This document shows, one piece after another, positions 61,566-64,000 of a DNA stretch of 64,000 nucleotides. The stretch is taken from assembly GCA_050575255.1 (NCBI GenBank), contig JBNZDD010013730.1, forward strand, positions 7,151,498 through 7,215,497, given 5' to 3'. The number at the start of each line of letters is the position of its first letter. Within the stretch, counting starts at the first letter, position 1. The notes beneath the pieces were generated by a model, which was not told the origin of the DNA, made no database searches, and saw nothing but the letters and a program-made list of their open reading frames with translations. A program made the position numbers and the translations under genes. Origin of the DNA: Harriotta raleighana (taxonomy: Eukaryota).

Positions 61566-61978
61566 TAGTAAAAACTCTTTTATCTGGCACTCTCGGGACC
61601 TGACCAGTTAATAAAATATGCCGGATATTCGAGCGGCAAGTTGCCAAAAATCCTACACAAAAAATTAACTTATTTAAAAACATACCATATTAATAATAGG
61701 CTAAATAATAACAGAATATTGTACAGATACTTACCAATAAAGCACTCCAGCACACTCGGTAAAATGATCGGTAAAATAAAAATCCCAGCGTTCGTTAAGT
61801 ATAATAAGTGCGCGTGCGCACGCATTGCATGTATGCGCAAAGTGAGCAGACTCATGAGTATCCCAGATGTCTCTGGTATGAAATCCAATTGCTGGAATGG
61901 TGAATTGTATTGGGAGATACCGGTTGGGGGGGTTGAGCGTTCCGGTTGGTTGGGTGCCTGATAAACAAACTTTTACTG
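61566..61978. mobile_element. Pogo/Tigger-like MITE (~413 bp)
   Basis: Left TA|TAGTAAAAACTCTTTTATCTGGCACTC versus right (reverse complement) TA|CAGTAAAAGTTTGTTTATCAGGCACCC. Imperfect ~27 bp TIRs start (C)AGT and are flanked by TA. No transposase ORF. Confidence 0.7.
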
Positions 61979-62482
61979 TACTATAAAATGATTTAACCAT
62001 CCTTTAGTCCAAGATAATTAAAAAATGAAATTCCTTATTCTGAGTTTTGCGCCCTAACAACTTGTTAATCAAATAATTGTGCGAAGAAGATATTTATGCT
62101 TGCAAGCGAAGTTATTAAATATGTAATTATTTAGTACCCGGGGAAGAACCTAAAGGGCCTTTGTTGTGATCTGTGCACAGCTGCACTAGTGGAGACAAAA
62201 ACATTGTAATACATATTGCAATGCAACCGATACTTCATTCACCACATGCTCTATTCTCTGCTGAGTTCCTGCTTGATATGGCATGACATAAAGTTGCAGC
62301 ACAAAAACAAGCCATTCGCCCCAACTAGTTGATTTGGCGTGTATACACATGAGTCTCCATCCCTCCAAATCTCCTCTCCCATAACCTCACTACTCCTTCC
62401 CCATCAAATGCACATCAAATTTCCTTTTAAATATGTGACACAATCTGTTTCAACCACAGCTTCAAGCATTCTCACCACCCTC

Positions 62483-62600
62483 TTGGGACACTACTGTGCA
62501 CAATTGGCTACAGCATTTCACCCACAAATATACAGTCAATTCACTTCACTGTATATTCTGTGAAGTGCTTTGAGATGTGAAAAGCGCTATATCAAGATTA
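62483..62600 (+). mobile_element. Partial SINE (3' half)
   Basis: tgggacactactgtgcacaattggcta...cagtcaattcac...gtgaaaagcgctatatcaa. Confidence 0.75.
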
Positions 62601-64000
62601 GTATTTCTATGTTAACTAATACACCACTGGTATTTGAAACGAATCAATTGCTCGGGTTACTTAATTATGAAATCGTGTTTGAAATTGGTGTAGTCAGACA
62701 CCAATGTACAGTAGATTGTGGAGCAAAGTTGCAGAATTCGGGGGTTCTGACAGGATATGTGATCATTTTATTGACAAGATGCAAACAATACTATCATAAC
62801 AGTTGAAATTCAATGATCTGGCTGAACATGAACACTATGCCTTAACCAGTGGAGTCTGTCTTCATATCAGAGCCCTCGGCTGTTTTAAGGTACAAGTGAG
62901 AATCGGTATGCATTCATCGGCTTCTTGCACCTTCCTAATTCAATGCAGACCATACTATGTACTAAATATAGTTTTGGTTGAGTGCAGATTGATTCCATTT
63001 TTATCAATAACCTGGAGGAGGCAGGTGGCTGGTTAAACTGCCTGTGAAGCCGATTACGACTAACACAATTGAATTGCCTCCAGTCATGCTCTTGTTTTTC
63101 TGTGAGGGTTGATTGTGAGATGGCAACTGCCTGGAACCACATTTCCTCAAAAAACAATCCAGGGGCTACATTCTGAAATAAGCTTGTAATTAGGATTTCA
63201 TCCTAATGACTTATTCTAGTCATTAGCAGATGCCATTTTGTTGTTTTGGAGTGTTTTACTTTTCAGTTTTGGTATGATGGCAATTTTACTATCTATTTAG
63301 GAATACTCAAACAGTAATAATGGATAATGTGGAAGCTAAGTACTGCAGTAATTTGAGTAATTTCTTAGCTTGTGAAAAAATGACTACAAAATATCTACAA
63401 CAGAGCTAAATGCAATTTCTGAACAAATATGTTTCATAAATCCTGGCATTCCTCAAAAACCTTAAGGTCATGAACCATGCTGGGTAGCTGCAGCATTTGA
63501 TTCTGAAATTGAGCTGTGTAAAGCTGGTTTTGAATTTGACTCTGCCAAACTCCTTACACTGCTGGTTGATTCCCAAACTCTCTGAACTCCACATAAGCCT
63601 AAACTATCTAAACCATCCATGAAGTGACCTTATTTGTATCTAGATCTATGACCCTTAAAAATATTAATGAAAGCTTCAGCAGTGATTTGAATCCCATTGA
63701 ATAGTTATATAAAAAGAGAAGTAACGCATTGAAGTTTGGCACAAATAGAAAAAAAATTGATTTGGTTCTGTGCATGGCTTTAGTAAAATAAATCTAGTGT
63801 AATTTAATTAAGATGTTATTTTTGTTTTTAACTTTTGATAACATGCTTTTACTTGGCGGAATACAAGCATTTAACACAATACAATTTGCAGTATTCTGTT
63901 TACCACTCAGATTACTCTTTATGTTGATGATTTAATTTAATAATATTATTATTATATTGATGATTTAATCTTGGGACAACGTCTAACTTTCTTGATTTAT

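Overview
AT-rich vertebrate genomic DNA, most likely a cartilaginous fish. The dominant tRNA-head/Deu-domain SINE and the L2/CR1 tails resemble holocephalan (Callorhinchus-type) repeats; the species call is an inference. The window holds the conserved TNNI3K - FPGT - LRRIQ3 block. TNNI3K lies on the minus strand with 23 coding exons traced from 27825 to 4506; its last exons are not resolved and probably lie left of the window. LRRC53 is nested antisense inside TNNI3K intron 21. FPGT is on the minus strand with 4 exons and a GC-AG intron. LRRIQ3 is on the plus strand, head-to-head with FPGT across a CpG island. A ~4 kb near-identical tandem duplication inside LRRIQ3 and two smaller ones each join at a single N and are most likely assembly artefacts. 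Notable non-coding items: a consensus RFX X-box in the FPGT/LRRIQ3 promoter, a MEF2/TEAD/GATA cluster at the TNNI3K promoter, a divergent CTCF-motif pair beyond LRRIQ3, a decayed 28S rRNA fragment, two decayed hammerhead-ribozyme-bearing Penelope-like repeat ends, a Tigger-like MITE, an unexplained ~300 bp fold-back, and inverted SINE pairs. I found no evidence for a wholly new multi-gene system; the best leads are regulatory and RNA-level.
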